From NCBI GenBank assembly GCA_964187785.1, contig OZ076409.1, forward strand, positions 62,312,001-62,376,000: a stretch of 64,000 nt of DNA. The letters run 5' to 3'. Source of the stretch: Amphiscolops sp. MND2022 (Eukaryota). Under the pieces are notes generated by a model. The model saw only the letters and a program-made list of their open reading frames with translations. It did no database searches and had not been told where the DNA came from. Position 1 is the stretch's first letter; every line of letters starts with the position of its first letter. The translations under genes were made by a program, and so were the position numbers. Shown one piece after another: positions 51,176 to 61,990 of the stretch.

Positions 51176-52105
51176 TCGGATATCTTTTAGTTCGGATATA
51201 ACGTTTCAGTGTTCGGATATAACGTTTTCAAAATTCGGATATAACGTTTTCAAAGTTCGGATGTAACGTTTCCAGAGTTCGGACATAACGTTTTCAAAGT
51301 TCGAATGCAACGTTTTCAAAGTTCGGATATAACGTTTTCAAAGTTCGGATGTAACGTTTCCAAAGTTCGGATATAACGTTTCCAAAGTTCGGATATAACG
51401 TTTTCAAAGTTCGGATGTAACGTTTCCAAAGTTCGGACATAACGTTTTCAAAGTTCGAATGCAACGTTTTCAAAGTTCGGATATAACGTTTTCAAAGTTC
51501 GGATGTAACGTTTCCAAAGTTCGGACATAACGTTTTCAAAGTTCGAATGCAACGTTTTCAAAGTTCGGATATAACGTTTTCAAAGTTCGGATGTAACGTT
51601 TTCAAAGTTCGGATATAACGTTTTCAAAGTTCGGATGTAACGTTTCCAAAGTTCGGATATAACGTTTTACACAGAGGCGAAGCGGTGCTTCGCAACACAT
51701 GACGAAGACATTATTTTAATATGCGTATATATATTATTTTAATCGCATGCGTATATATTCAACAGTTCAACTTTGTTCAATAACGTCCCTATGGCACAGT
51801 GGTCAACACTTATGCCGTGCAATCGGGAGGCTGCAGGTTTGAATCTCTCAGGGGTTTTGGCTTTTGTCTAAAAGGCGCTCATTATGAAGTTGACTATTGT
51901 GGGAAAAAAAAACTTTCTTAGCTGGACTGCAATGCACATTGACTTCATGTGCAAAAAGTTCGAATGCAACGTTTTCAAAGTTCGGATGTATTGTTTCCAA
52001 AGTTCGGATATAACGTTTTCAAAGTTCGAATGTAACGTTTTCAAAGTTCAGATGTAACGTTTTTAAAGCTCGAAGGTAACGTTTTCAAAGTTCGGTTATG
52101 ACGTG
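51176..52105 (+). repeat. 22-bp minisatellite (AAAGTTCGGATATAACGTTTTC), ~22 units at 51176-51668 and ~7 units at 51955-52105
   Basis: Direct tandem units with no unique spacers. Confidence 0.92.
51785..51855 (+). other. Degenerate tRNA-like sequence (A and B boxes)
   Basis: GTCCCTATGGCACAGTGG...GGTTTGAATC; stems imperfect. Confidence 0.55.
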
Positions 52106-53367
52106 TTCATTTCTCATATAGCATTATCGACCCCCCCCCCCCTCCCCCCCCCCCAAAAAAAAATCACAATCTGTTGAGCCTTAGATATAGCACCGACTTG
52201 GGCCGTTCCCAGCTTTTAAAAAACGAAGTTGATCTACAAATCTAAATTGAATAATGCATTTCATGAACATGACTCCTTCCATCCATTCACTGCAAGCTTT
52301 CATAGCACCAAGTGAGAAAATTTGTAACCAATTTAATGCAGTTCAACTAAAATATTCATTATATCTACAACATCCTTGTATGCGTGTATCATGTATTAAG
52401 TAGGACACAATGTAATGTTACCATAGGTGATAAAATAGGAAACTTTGTGAGAATATTGCTTTGCAAACAAATCTGCACACACGAAACATCAAAATATTGC
52501 GAACGCGCGTATCGTTCCTCTTTAGGAATTGATCAAAAAACCAAGATTCCAACTTGGCAAAACCTGAAAAATCGAGGTAGTCGAAAGCATTTACAATCGA
52601 ATCATTGTGACAAATGCTTCCGCAAAAATTCAATTTCGGAACGATTGTGGGAACTATTGGATGGACCTGACATCCAATGTAATTATTATTGATTCAATTT
52701 AAAAGCAGTGATTGATTGGATTAATTGCAAAATTTGGCGTTAATTAATTGGCTTCATTCAAAAAGCAGCATCTGTTAATTTAGTGACGTATTTCATTCTA
52801 GCATTTGAAATTTACAAATAAAATTTAATCAAACAAAATTTGCAGTTTTCAAGACTTCCGTCATTGAGTACCAATTGAATTTAAATTGATAAATTTCGGT
52901 ATAAGTTGTGGATTTTGACGATTTTCTTATTACTAAGAAGTCTTGAAAGTGGTTAAAAGCACACAATAATTTAAATATAAGACGCAGAGAAATGAGCCCA
53001 CGTAACTTGATGACTTGAAATAGATAGACAAAAGCGAATAGATTTTAGAATAGAGTTTATTGGGTTGTTCGCCACTATCGACAAATTTAAAACCCAGCCT
53101 TGATTGCACCAGAGATTCAGAATATTGCACCTGCAATTAATTTGATAAAACTCTAGAGAGTCTACTTCTTGGCATTGAAAACGCGTCTTCGGAAAATAAA
53201 TTCCAGCTGAACATCTTCACCTTCCTCACAGTATCGAAAGTGTGTTGCATCCATCGGTAACTGGGATAGTTCGGCCAGTATAAAGTTAATGTGCGCTAAC
53301 TTTTTGTTCCTTTTTTCAAGCAAGCTAGATAACTGATACCATGCTGAATGGTTGCTGGCTACAAAAA

Positions 53368-55755
53368 CTAAGCGGCATGCTCAACAGAACTTTCATCGGG
53401 ACTTTTGCTCAATGCTTCTTCGTTTGAGGCCCGTAAAGAAGTTCCTTCTTCTGCTCCTTCTTTCCCAGACATCGGAGACTCTTCGAGGTCGATCAAACCA
53501 AGTTGTTCGAAGTTTGCACCTTTTGATTTATCTGGATAGCCACCTGTAGTTTCTTGCACAGGACTGAGAATATTCATAGCAGGAAGAGGCGATTCTTTGG
53601 CACAGAAATCAGCAGTACTGTTGGCTAATAAATTGGCACTTGAAAAGTCTAGGCCCTCGAAAATATTTACAGCGTTACTGCCATCATCGCTACTTGGGTT
53701 TATACTCAATTGGCTGAAGCCAGGCAACAAATCATCGCCCGCCAGACTGATTCCACTGTCTTCCAAACCAGAAAATCCAGTTCCATCCGGAGCACCAGAA
53801 GAAAGCGGGTCGAGATCTTCCAAAAGAGAGGAAGAAGAATTAGCAGAATCAGCTTCCACTTTTGTATCATCTGGATTCGGAACTGAAGTTAAACTGGCTG
53901 ATTTCACACCTTCTTCAGTGGGTGTCAAAACTGCAAGAGCACTTTCCATAACAGGTTCAGGAGACACGCTGTGTTCTCTAGAATATTCTTTTGAAGCAGC
54001 TTTTTCAGCTGTTTCGCTTTCGTTTCGTTGATCTGAATCGTCAGTTCTCTGATCAAAATCGTTCATTAGGTCAAAACTTGAATCATTTTGGGCTTCTGTT
54101 GTTTGAGCAGCTGAGTCTTCTGGAGCTTTTGGAATTTCTGGAACCGCATCTGTGGCTGATTCCGATTCTGAAGCTTTTGCAGATTCCGGTTCTTGAGCTT
54201 TGGCAGATTGTGATTCTGGATCTTTGTTTGGGTCTTCTGGCTCTATGGGAGGCTCTTTGGCTGGCTCAGATTTGTTGGGTGCAGGTGAAGACGATTTCGC
54301 TACACTTGCACTTCTGGTTCGCTTCATGATAGCCTCAAGTCGAGCTCTTCGTTCAGCACGTTCCTCTTCTTCCGCTTTTCGACGCTCATCTTGAAGTCTT
54401 TCGAACTCTTCTTGCTCCTTCAAACGAACTTTCTCAGCTTCAATTCTCTGCTTCTCTCTTTCATCTTCTAGCTTTTGTTTCTCCGTTTCCTGTTCGATCA
54501 TCATTTGCTCTTCCTTTTCAAACAATTTCAAATTCTGATCTTCCAAAACCTTACCATTGTCTTCAATTTCAGCATTAGGAGTATCTTTCATTTCATTCGT
54601 TTCAAGAGTATCACTTTTCTTTAATTCTTCTTCATCTTTGACATCATCTGGCTCAAGACATGCACTTTTGCTACCCACTTTACTGGAATCGGGTAGTGTG
54701 TTAATTCTACCAACCTCGGTGTTTGCGATAGAGAGAAGGTCATTTATAGATCTATCCAATTGGTCTGTTTCCGGTTTTATCTGCGCTGCCATCAAACTTG
54801 GGGCCGGGCTCCTAACAGGTGACGAAACATCAGATGACGCAGTTGTTGGAGCTTTCACTTTAGCTGGCAGTTGGACCGTCTTGTTTGCGTTCATTTTATC
54901 TCTCATTGCACGTCTATGTTCGGCCATTTTCTGTTTGTAAAATTCTATCTCTGCGTCTTTTTCCTTACTGCCGGAGCTTTTATCTTGAGATGACAAGTCT
55001 TGTTTATTGTTTGTTTTTCCTTTAGGTGGAGGTTCGGATGCTGTTGCAACAACAGCTTCTTTCTTGGCCTGCAGATCTCGAGCAGCAACCGAGTGGGCCT
55101 TTTTAGGACGACCCAATGTTTTTGACTTCTGGGCCTCATTCACAGCTGCCGTTGTCGAACTTATATTGTTGTGAACTCTTGACCCAGAAGCTGATCTAAT
55201 TTTTCGTTTAGGTGACATCGTTATTGGCGACTTCGGTGCAACTGTTTTACTCGTATTGACTAATCGTTTAGGAGCAGGAACAGTTTTCGGCATTGTGCAT
55301 ATCTTGTTTTTGTATTTGTTAACAGGAAGTTCTAACTGATGAAATATTGCCTGCGAAAGTGATGTCTTTCTCTTCGATACTTTACCTTTAGCTTTGGACT
55401 TCAGTTCTGCAGCTTTGATACATTTAAGCTCGACCCTTCTCAAAATCTCAACTTTCCTCGCGTGGTTCTCCAACAAAATTTGTTCCCTTCGTTTCAATAC
55501 AGCAGCAATTCGAGAAGTATTTGTTTGGTTTTTTGTTTCCAAGTCTTTTTTGCGCTCAGCCAGTAACTTTTCGTGTTTTAGAGCATTTTCAATGATACGC
55601 TGTCGAGCCATCGTGAGCCGGCTTTCTTCAAGTTGCGATTTTCGAGAAAGGACAGCTTTGAGCCGATCCTCGTAAGACGCCATTGGGGATGCCATGCGCT
55701 TCGATTTTTCATTGTATTTGCTAGCGCCTTTTGTTTGCGCCAGCTCTTTGCCCAT
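53368..55755 (-). CDS. MAP7: MAP7/ensconsin-family microtubule-associated protein, 795 aa, single coding exon
   Basis: N-terminal basic coiled coil, Pro/Ser-rich linker, second coiled coil ending ERAERRARLEAIMKRTR (MAP7-domain signature ER.ERKKRLEEIMKRTR), acidic tail; paralogue not resolvable. Confidence 0.8.
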   Translation of the reverse strand: MGKELAQTKGASKYNEKSKRMASPMASYEDRLKAVLSRKSQLEESRLTMARQRIIENALKHEKLLAERKKDLETKNQTNTSRIAAVLKRREQILLENHARKVEILRRVELKCIKAAELKSKAKGKVSKRKTSLSQAIFHQLELPVNKYKNKICTMPKTVPAPKRLVNTSKTVAPKSPITMSPKRKIRSASGSRVHNNISSTTAAVNEAQKSKTLGRPKKAHSVAARDLQAKKEAVVATASEPPPKGKTNNKQDLSSQDKSSGSKEKDAEIEFYKQKMAEHRRAMRDKMNANKTVQLPAKVKAPTTASSDVSSPVRSPAPSLMAAQIKPETDQLDRSINDLLSIANTEVGRINTLPDSSKVGSKSACLEPDDVKDEEELKKSDTLETNEMKDTPNAEIEDNGKVLEDQNLKLFEKEEQMMIEQETEKQKLEDEREKQRIEAEKVRLKEQEEFERLQDERRKAEEEERAERRARLEAIMKRTRSASVAKSSSPAPNKSEPAKEPPIEPEDPNKDPESQSAKAQEPESAKASESESATDAVPEIPKAPEDSAAQTTEAQNDSSFDLMNDFDQRTDDSDQRNESETAEKAASKEYSREHSVSPEPVMESALAVLTPTEEGVKSASLTSVPNPDDTKVEADSANSSSSLLEDLDPLSSGAPDGTGFSGLEDSGISLAGDDLLPGFSQLSINPSSDDGSNAVNIFEGLDFSSANLLANSTADFCAKESPLPAMNILSPVQETTGGYPDKSKGANFEQLGLIDLEESPMSGKEGAEEGTSLRASNEEALSKSPDESSVEHAA

Positions 55756-56064
55756 TGTGCATCTGAAAAAAAATTAAGAACGTCACTTTATTTAATTTCA
55801 CCTGAAACATGCCTCAAAAAGTCATCCAGCCCCTCATTTTGCAGTTGAAACTGTAAAAAATGTAGTTGTAAAATGTCCAAAACCTCTTCAAAACCAGCAT
55901 TAACAGAAAGAGTGTGGTTTAAACAGTATGAAATCGAAACACAATTAGTTTGTACCTTAAAAAATGTTTATTGGAATCATGTTTATTATTCCCCCAGGTA
56001 CATCTTATTTCTCTCCAATCGACAAAACTTTCATATTTGAAAAAAATTCTTGCAGGAATAGAAA

Positions 56065-56584
56065 ACAAGCCGGGAACGGCCCAAGTCGGCGCCATATCTA
56101 AGGCTCAAAAATAGCAAAAGGACTTCAAAGTGTCAAGTACTCTCCTCTACAGTATCCAAAAAAAATTCCGAAAATTTTTTGAATTTTTTTGAAGTTTCTG
56201 GTAAGTCGCATTGTACCGAAAAATGTAAAAGGGGCGCTTTGGCTGTTTTTCAACATCCATTCTTTTGCAAAATAGGAAAAAAATGAAGGGTGGACCCTTC
56301 GGAGACATTAAAAAAATTGCGAAAAAAAGTCTCACAAAGCCGAAAAAAATCTACAAAAAAAATTTGGTCAAGGGCGGGACTCGAACCCATGTCCTTCCGC
56401 TTGGCAGACCTCAAAAAGCCGTAACCTCTATGCCAGTGTGGTTTAGTGTTAGTGCCAGACAATGTTAGTGCCAGACAGCAGTGTTAGTGCTTACTTATAA
56501 AATTTATAAAATCTGTCAGTTCGTTGGTCCTAAAAAAAGTCACTACTATAGTCTGCGTTTTTCTTCGAAAAGCGCCGATTAAAA
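56065..56584 (-). mobile_element. HINE-like element with a tRNA-like cassette (56366-56441)
   Basis: Both characteristic ends present; TGGCATAGAGG A box and GGTTCGAGTCC B box on the minus strand. Confidence 0.72.
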
Positions 56585-56945
56585 AATCGACGTGACTACA
56601 AATATTCAGATGCATTGAAACTTCCAGCAAAAGTAACTCTGATTTTTGATATTCTTTTCCAAAAGAGCAAAATTGAAAAAGCAAAAACTGAAATAAGTCA
56701 AAATTGAATATCAAAGCCCATATTTCAACGCAAAATTTCTCCGCTATAAATTTTAAAGAGCATTTTTTAACTATTCAATCAATGAAACGGGATATTACGT
56801 TTACATCAATTTCATTGGACCGAAATTTCATCTCGAACGATGTCGAGATAATTGTCTTTTTATTCCGAAAACTGTAACTGAACATTGAATAATTTCTAAT
56901 GCTATTGTCAAGTATGATGAATGAAAATGTAATGTTTCAATGCAG

Positions 56946-57342
56946 AACAAGCCGGGAACGGCCCAAGTCGGCGCCATATCTAAGGCTCAAAAATAGCAGA
57001 AGGACTTCAAAATGTCAAAGTATTGGTGAATTGGGGACCCTTTTAAGAAAAAACAACAAAAGCTCTCAAAAGGCTAAAAATTGAGAAAATTTTTTTTTGA
57101 AAATTTTTTTCGAAGTTTCCGGTAAGTCGCATAGTGCCGAAAAATGTAAAAGGGGGACGCTTTTTATCTCATGTTTGACGCTTTGGATGCGTTGAAAATG
57201 AAGTACTAAGTACATATGGTAAAATTGGTAAATGTGCATTAATTGGATTAATGCACAAAAAGTGGACGTACGCTTTGAACTGACGAAAAAAAAACTAGCC
57301 ACTGTAAGAGTCGGGATTTTCTTCGAAAACGCCGACTAAAAA
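56946..57342 (-). mobile_element. HINE-like element
   Basis: 5' TTTTAGTCGGCG..CCCGACT; 3' CGCCGACTTGG-GCCG-TTCC-CGGC-TTGTT. Confidence 0.75.
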
Positions 57343-57485
57343 TGAGGTGTTATTATTCTTTCATAAGCTACAAAAACCAACTTGAACATTTAAAAACTGA
57401 ATCGAAAAGCATCAATTATGAGCAACCAAATTTAAGTCGGTCAAACAATTTGCACAATAATATACTCAACATCTAAAAATCTAAA

Positions 57486-58601
57486 TCACTTCTGCTCTGC
57501 GTCTTTCCTCTTTTCTTCCTCTTCTTTTTTCTGCTGCTCAATCAATTCCCTGACTTGAGGGTCATCAGGATTGACACCGGGCAGGGAATCCAAAATAGCC
57601 CGCAAGTTCTCAGCGTCAACCTCTTCTTGGGCTTCACCTTGACCAGCTGACACATCCATGGGCTCAGCGGAACTTCCACCGCCCTCAGTTGTATTTTCTT
57701 GAGACTGCATCGACATTCGAAGGGCCAACTCTATTTGTTCATCCTCAGTCATTTGACTGAGGTCTTTTTGGATCGGAACACCTCCCATTGACAAGCTAAG
57801 TGCTTCTTGGAGAAGAGCGTCTTCAGTTGAACCACCGGCAGTCGCAGCGCCTTGATCCCCAGTCGTCACAGTCACTGGTTCAGCAGTGTTCGACCTTTCC
57901 TCTTCTTGCTGGGCTTTTCTTTGCTCTTCCATAGAGACTCTCAAGGCAAGAGCCAACTCTGGATCATCAGCGGGATCGAAACCTGAGGGATCAAAAGCCC
58001 CAGCTGTTGGAATTGTACCATCTTCTGATATTATTGGAGATTGTAACATGGCATCAGAGAGCTTTGATCCACTGGGCACATTGACGAAATGAGAGCCTGG
58101 TTCATCTTTTCCTTGGTTGAGGGTGCTTATAAAAGTTTGCAGTTTTTCACAATTCTCCTCTTCGCCAAAATTAACAACATTGACGTTCACATTGTTTTTC
58201 TTCAACTTCTTGGCGAGAGTAACAATATCCTTCTCTGATTCTTCAAGCGGACTGCCAACAAAAACAACAATTCTTTGTCGATGGTTTTTTCCTTGACGAT
58301 TTCGCAGGACAATCTGAGCAATTTTGATGCCAATGAGGAATCTGTATGCCCCCAACGGTTGTATTTGGGTCATAAAACTAATAATGCGATTGACATCTGT
58401 CGTAAAAGTGCTATGAACTTTGGGATGATCATCCGTAGCCATGGACATCAGGGCTATATTATTTTCGGGATTCGAACGCGTCTTGGCGTTACAAACAAGT
58501 TGCACCGCTTCTTGCTGGGCTTGCAACCTGGAAGGGGCGAAATCTCCATTCCTCATGAATTCGCTGCTGTCGACGCATATGATAGTGGATTCGAGAACCA
58601 T
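57486..58601 (-). CDS. PSMD4: 26S proteasome ubiquitin receptor Rpn10/S5a, 371 aa, intronless CDS
   Basis: MVLESTIICVDSSEFMRNGDFAPSRLQAQ vWA domain; UIMs DPELALALRVSMEE, EDALLQEALSLSM, EDEQIELALRMSMQ; C-terminal LDSLPGVNP; true ATG at 58601. Confidence 0.97.
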   Translation of the reverse strand: MVLESTIICVDSSEFMRNGDFAPSRLQAQQEAVQLVCNAKTRSNPENNIALMSMATDDHPKVHSTFTTDVNRIISFMTQIQPLGAYRFLIGIKIAQIVLRNRQGKNHRQRIVVFVGSPLEESEKDIVTLAKKLKKNNVNVNVVNFGEEENCEKLQTFISTLNQGKDEPGSHFVNVPSGSKLSDAMLQSPIISEDGTIPTAGAFDPSGFDPADDPELALALRVSMEEQRKAQQEEERSNTAEPVTVTTGDQGAATAGGSTEDALLQEALSLSMGGVPIQKDLSQMTEDEQIELALRMSMQSQENTTEGGGSSAEPMDVSAGQGEAQEEVDAENLRAILDSLPGVNPDDPQVRELIEQQKKEEEEKRKDAEQK

Positions 58602-59530
58602 TGCCAACAATTTGAAATCTTAAATCATTTCACGATTTAAAAATCTTAGGTCCTCACCATTTTGTTGCATATAACATTTAAACCACGGTTAAACTGATCT
58701 CTCAAGGGGAGAGTGCAGAAACCATGAGTTGCTTTAAATGAACACGAGTCAAATTGCAAAAACGAATCCATACTGAAAAATCAAGGTTAGATGACAACTT
58801 ATGGATTCGAGAACCAAACTTAAGAAGGTGTTGCACAGACTGAAAGATGTGAACAGTTTGAACGACAATGCCATTTGCTGTTCGAACAATGCCGGCCTGT
58901 TCCAAGACGAGGAAAAGCTTCTTACATTAAACGAGACAACTGAAGAAATTTTTTCTCTTTCTTCTTCATTTTTTTATTCTCCGCTTTCATCTTTAGCTTC
59001 TCATTTTCCCTCTATCAGATATCATGGATCTTCGTCATCAATCAAGTGCCATGTGTCTCATCATGTTGGGGGAAGAAGACACACACCAGTGGTCTGCAAC
59101 GAAAGTAGGGAACCCCATACCAGCCACTATACCAGTAACAAAAAGAAACAACCAACAAACGACTCAAACCAGCCACTCTGCAGTCGACCGGTGAAATTTT
59201 TTTAATAGCTGCTTTGATATAAAGGTAAAAAAATTAGGCTATATGTAATAAAATTCTTCGAACGCATCTCTGTCGCTCACAGTTCCTAGAACACAGGCCG
59301 CATAGCCGATCTGAAGGGCCATTGAAATCCGTTGCTTCAAAAAGCTGCCAGCTCGTTGATCGTCGTGCGAACGACAGAGCATTTTACAGAGACGCGTGAT
59401 GAAAATTACACTGCTCTCGCCTGAAGAACCCTGTACTTCCGAGGCCACTGGCTGAAAAATGTATTTGTCCATTAATTCGCTATACTTCTCAGTTTTACGC
59501 GCGTCAGCCTCGGTGGCGATGGTTCCCGGG

Positions 59531-60245
59531 GGGGGGGGGGGTGTTCGGAAATAGGTCGAAGGAACGGGATCGAAAACCAGAGTTAGTCCTCAGGTCGACA
59601 TACCAAATTTTTGGGTGGGCGGATATAGGTCGAAGGAACGGGATCGAAAATCAGAGTTAGTCCTCAGGTCGACATACTAAATTTTTGAATGGGATCGAAA
59701 CAACTCGGATCGAAATTTTTATAACGTAGTCAGATATGTTCACATACCCCTAGTGCCCTGAATGCAGGAGCGAAGCGAAGCGGAGCGACGTGCCATATGG
59801 CCATGCCTCAATGTTGCTACTTGGCGAAGGGGGCAAAGCGGCCGAGCCATACAATAAAAACGATAAAATTCGACCGCATTCCATTCGATCCCTGCAATTC
59901 GATCAAAAGGTTCGACCTCTGTCCTTTCGACCAAAAAAATTCGACCTATCTACAGCCACCCCAAATTTTTGAATGGGATCGAAACAACTCGGATCGAAAT
60001 TTTTATAACGTAGTCAGATATGTTCACATACCTCTAGTGCCCTGAATGCAGGAGCGAAGCGAAGCGGAGCGACGTGCCATATGGCCATGCCTCAATGTTG
60101 CTACTTGGCGAAGGGAGCGAAGCGACCGAGCCATACAACAAAAACGATAAAATTCGACCGCATTTCATTCGATTCCTGCAATTCGATCAAAAGGTTCGAC
60201 CTCTGTCCTTTCGACCAGAAAAATTCGACCTATTTACAGCCACCC
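59531..60245. mobile_element. Mutator-type MITE with two tandem copies of the GCGAAGC core
   Basis: TSD GTTCCCGGG / ATTCCCGGG (8 of 9); GGGTG...AAATAGGTCGAA termini; empty site visible in the LINE copy at ~62698. Confidence 0.8.
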
Positions 60246-60286
60246 ATTCCCGGGTTGCATAAAGAGCCTTGATTCAGGCGACTGGG

Positions 60287-60653
60287 GGGCAGGGACGTTT
60301 TGTCACCAGCCATTTGGGCGACAAAAATTTCAGCCCATTTCGGCGACAATAATGTTGCCCAAATGTCCCGTTGACTAAATGGCCAAATATGTTCACATAC
60401 CCCTAGTGCCCTAAATGCAGGAGCGAAGCGAAGCGAAGCGAAGCGAAGCGGAGCGACGTGCCATATGGCCCTGCCTCAATGTTGCTACTTGGCGAAGGGA
60501 GCGAAGCGACCGAGCCATACACCAATAATGCTAACCTTCAAATATATCAGTTAATTGATCAATTTGGTCAACCCATTTGGTCGACACTTTTGTCGCCCAT
60601 GTGACCGACGCCATATTGTCGCCCAATTGGCTGGTGACGAAATGTCCCTGACC
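60287..60653. mobile_element. Mutator-type MITE with one GCGAAGC core
   Basis: ~38-bp TIR GG.CAGGGAC.TTT.GTCACCAGCCA.TTGGGCGACAA; TSD GCGACTGGG / CCGACTGGG (8 of 9); empty site at ~62730. Confidence 0.85.
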
Positions 60654-61049
60654 CCGACTGGGTGCAAGAGCATCCACAACCGTGACATCCCACACCAGCT
60701 GTTTACCCATTTCCCAAGGAATCATAGTAACACCGTGTGGGCGTGTGGGAATTGAGAGTAGCATGACGTAAGAAGCTACCAGCACTCTTGGTGCAAGAAA
60801 GACCGTGTAAACCGTCCCGTTCAACTTTTTTTTACCACAGTGGCACGTAAGCGCAACGCAGATGTTGGCACCAAGACGCAAACCAATTGAAATTCGAAGT
60901 TGCCCAAACTTATATATATCTTCAGATCGGCAATGCGGCATGTGTTCTAGGAACTGTGAGCGACATAGATGCGTTCGAAGGAATTTATTAGTAGTAGTAT
61001 TACATATATATTACATATATTGTAGTAGTAGTTTATATATATATTTTTC

Positions 61050-61052
<3 letters not shown>

Positions 61053-61095
<43 letters not shown>
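61053..61095. repeat. (TA)n microsatellite
   Basis: About 21 TA units. Confidence 0.95.
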
Positions 61096-61097
<2 letters not shown>

Positions 61098-61790
61098 TCT
61101 TCAACCTATATGTCAATGACCTGACTGAACAGATAACGGAGGATGCTCGCATTATCCAGTACGCCGATGATTGCTTGCTTTTTTGTAGTCACCAGGACCC
61201 TGACATTGCTTTGCAATGTTTGCAAACAAATATTTTGAAACTTGAAAGTTACTTTAAGTCCCATCGACTAAATTTGAATGGTAGTAAAACAGAATTCATA
61301 ACTTTTTCCCGAAAAAAAGACAAGAGACAGCTAGACTCCGAAACAGTTGTCGTGTGCTCCTCAGTTGTCAAAAAGAAATGTGAATGTAAATATCTTGGAA
61401 TAACGTTAGATCAACACTTGACTTTCCAAACCCAAGTAAAAAAGGTTCTGAAAAACATGGCAGTTGGAATAAAAACTATTGAATCTATACAACACAAATT
61501 TCCGACCACAGTCTTAGTCATGCTTTTCCACGCGCTAATAATCAGTCATTTCGAATACTCTGCGATTTTTTTTCACTCAAATATCCCCTCCTTTGCTACT
61601 TTCCCTTGAGAAACAGATGAACTGGGCATTAAAATCTGTCTACTTCCGTTCGAGCTTTAAATCGTCGAGTGATCTGAGAGAAAAAAAGAAAATAATTGGA
61701 ATAAAGCAACTTATTGATTTGAAATCTCTTGTATTTCTGTTCCAATATCTCAAAAATACTAAAAAGCCTTCCAGAGCTCTTTAAAGTTAC
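61096..61790 (+). pseudogene. 5'-truncated LINE reverse transcriptase fragment (CR1/L2/Jockey group)
   Basis: LFNLYVNDL, QYADD, LNLNGSKTE, KYLGITLD; frameshift ~61570; runs into the gap. Confidence 0.88.
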
Positions 61791-61990
61791 NNNNNNNNNN
61801 NNNNNNNNNNNNNNNNNNNNNNNNNNNNNNNNNNNNNNNNNNNNNNNNNNNNNNNNNNNNNNNNNNNNNNNNNNNNNNNNNNNNNNNNNNNNNNNNNNNN
61901 NNNNNNNNNNNNNNNNNNNNNNNNNNNNNNNNNNNNNNNNNNNNNNNNNNNNNNNNNNNNNNNNNNNNNNNNNNNNNNNNNNNNNNNNNN
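61791..61990. other. Assembly gap (200 N)
   Basis: Run of N. Confidence 1.

Larger units (their letters stand above)
51063..52216 (+). mobile_element. HINE-like element containing a minisatellite and a tRNA-like cassette
   Basis: 5' TTTTAGTCGGCG...CCCGACTA; 3' GAGCCTTAGATATAGCACCGACTTGGGCCGTTCCCAGCTT. Confidence 0.75.
58950..60975 (-). mobile_element. 5'-truncated non-LTR retrotransposon with restriction-like endonuclease (CRE/R2-group), split by two MITEs
   Basis: LRISIGLRLG..C..CHCG, RPHGVTMIPWEMGKQLVWDVTVVDALAPS, FLKQRISMALQIG.AACVLGT; A-rich tail ~58950-58990. Confidence 0.75.

Noticed and set aside
51785..51855. Functional tRNA genes here and at 23146 and 56366
   Set aside because: Acceptor and anticodon stems do not pair properly; all are embedded in repeats
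51176..52105. 22-bp array as CRISPR
   Set aside because: No spacers, no cas genes, eukaryotic context
59732..59852. GCGAAGC core as a hammerhead ribozyme
   Set aside because: No CTGANGA...GAAA catalytic core found by eye on either strand
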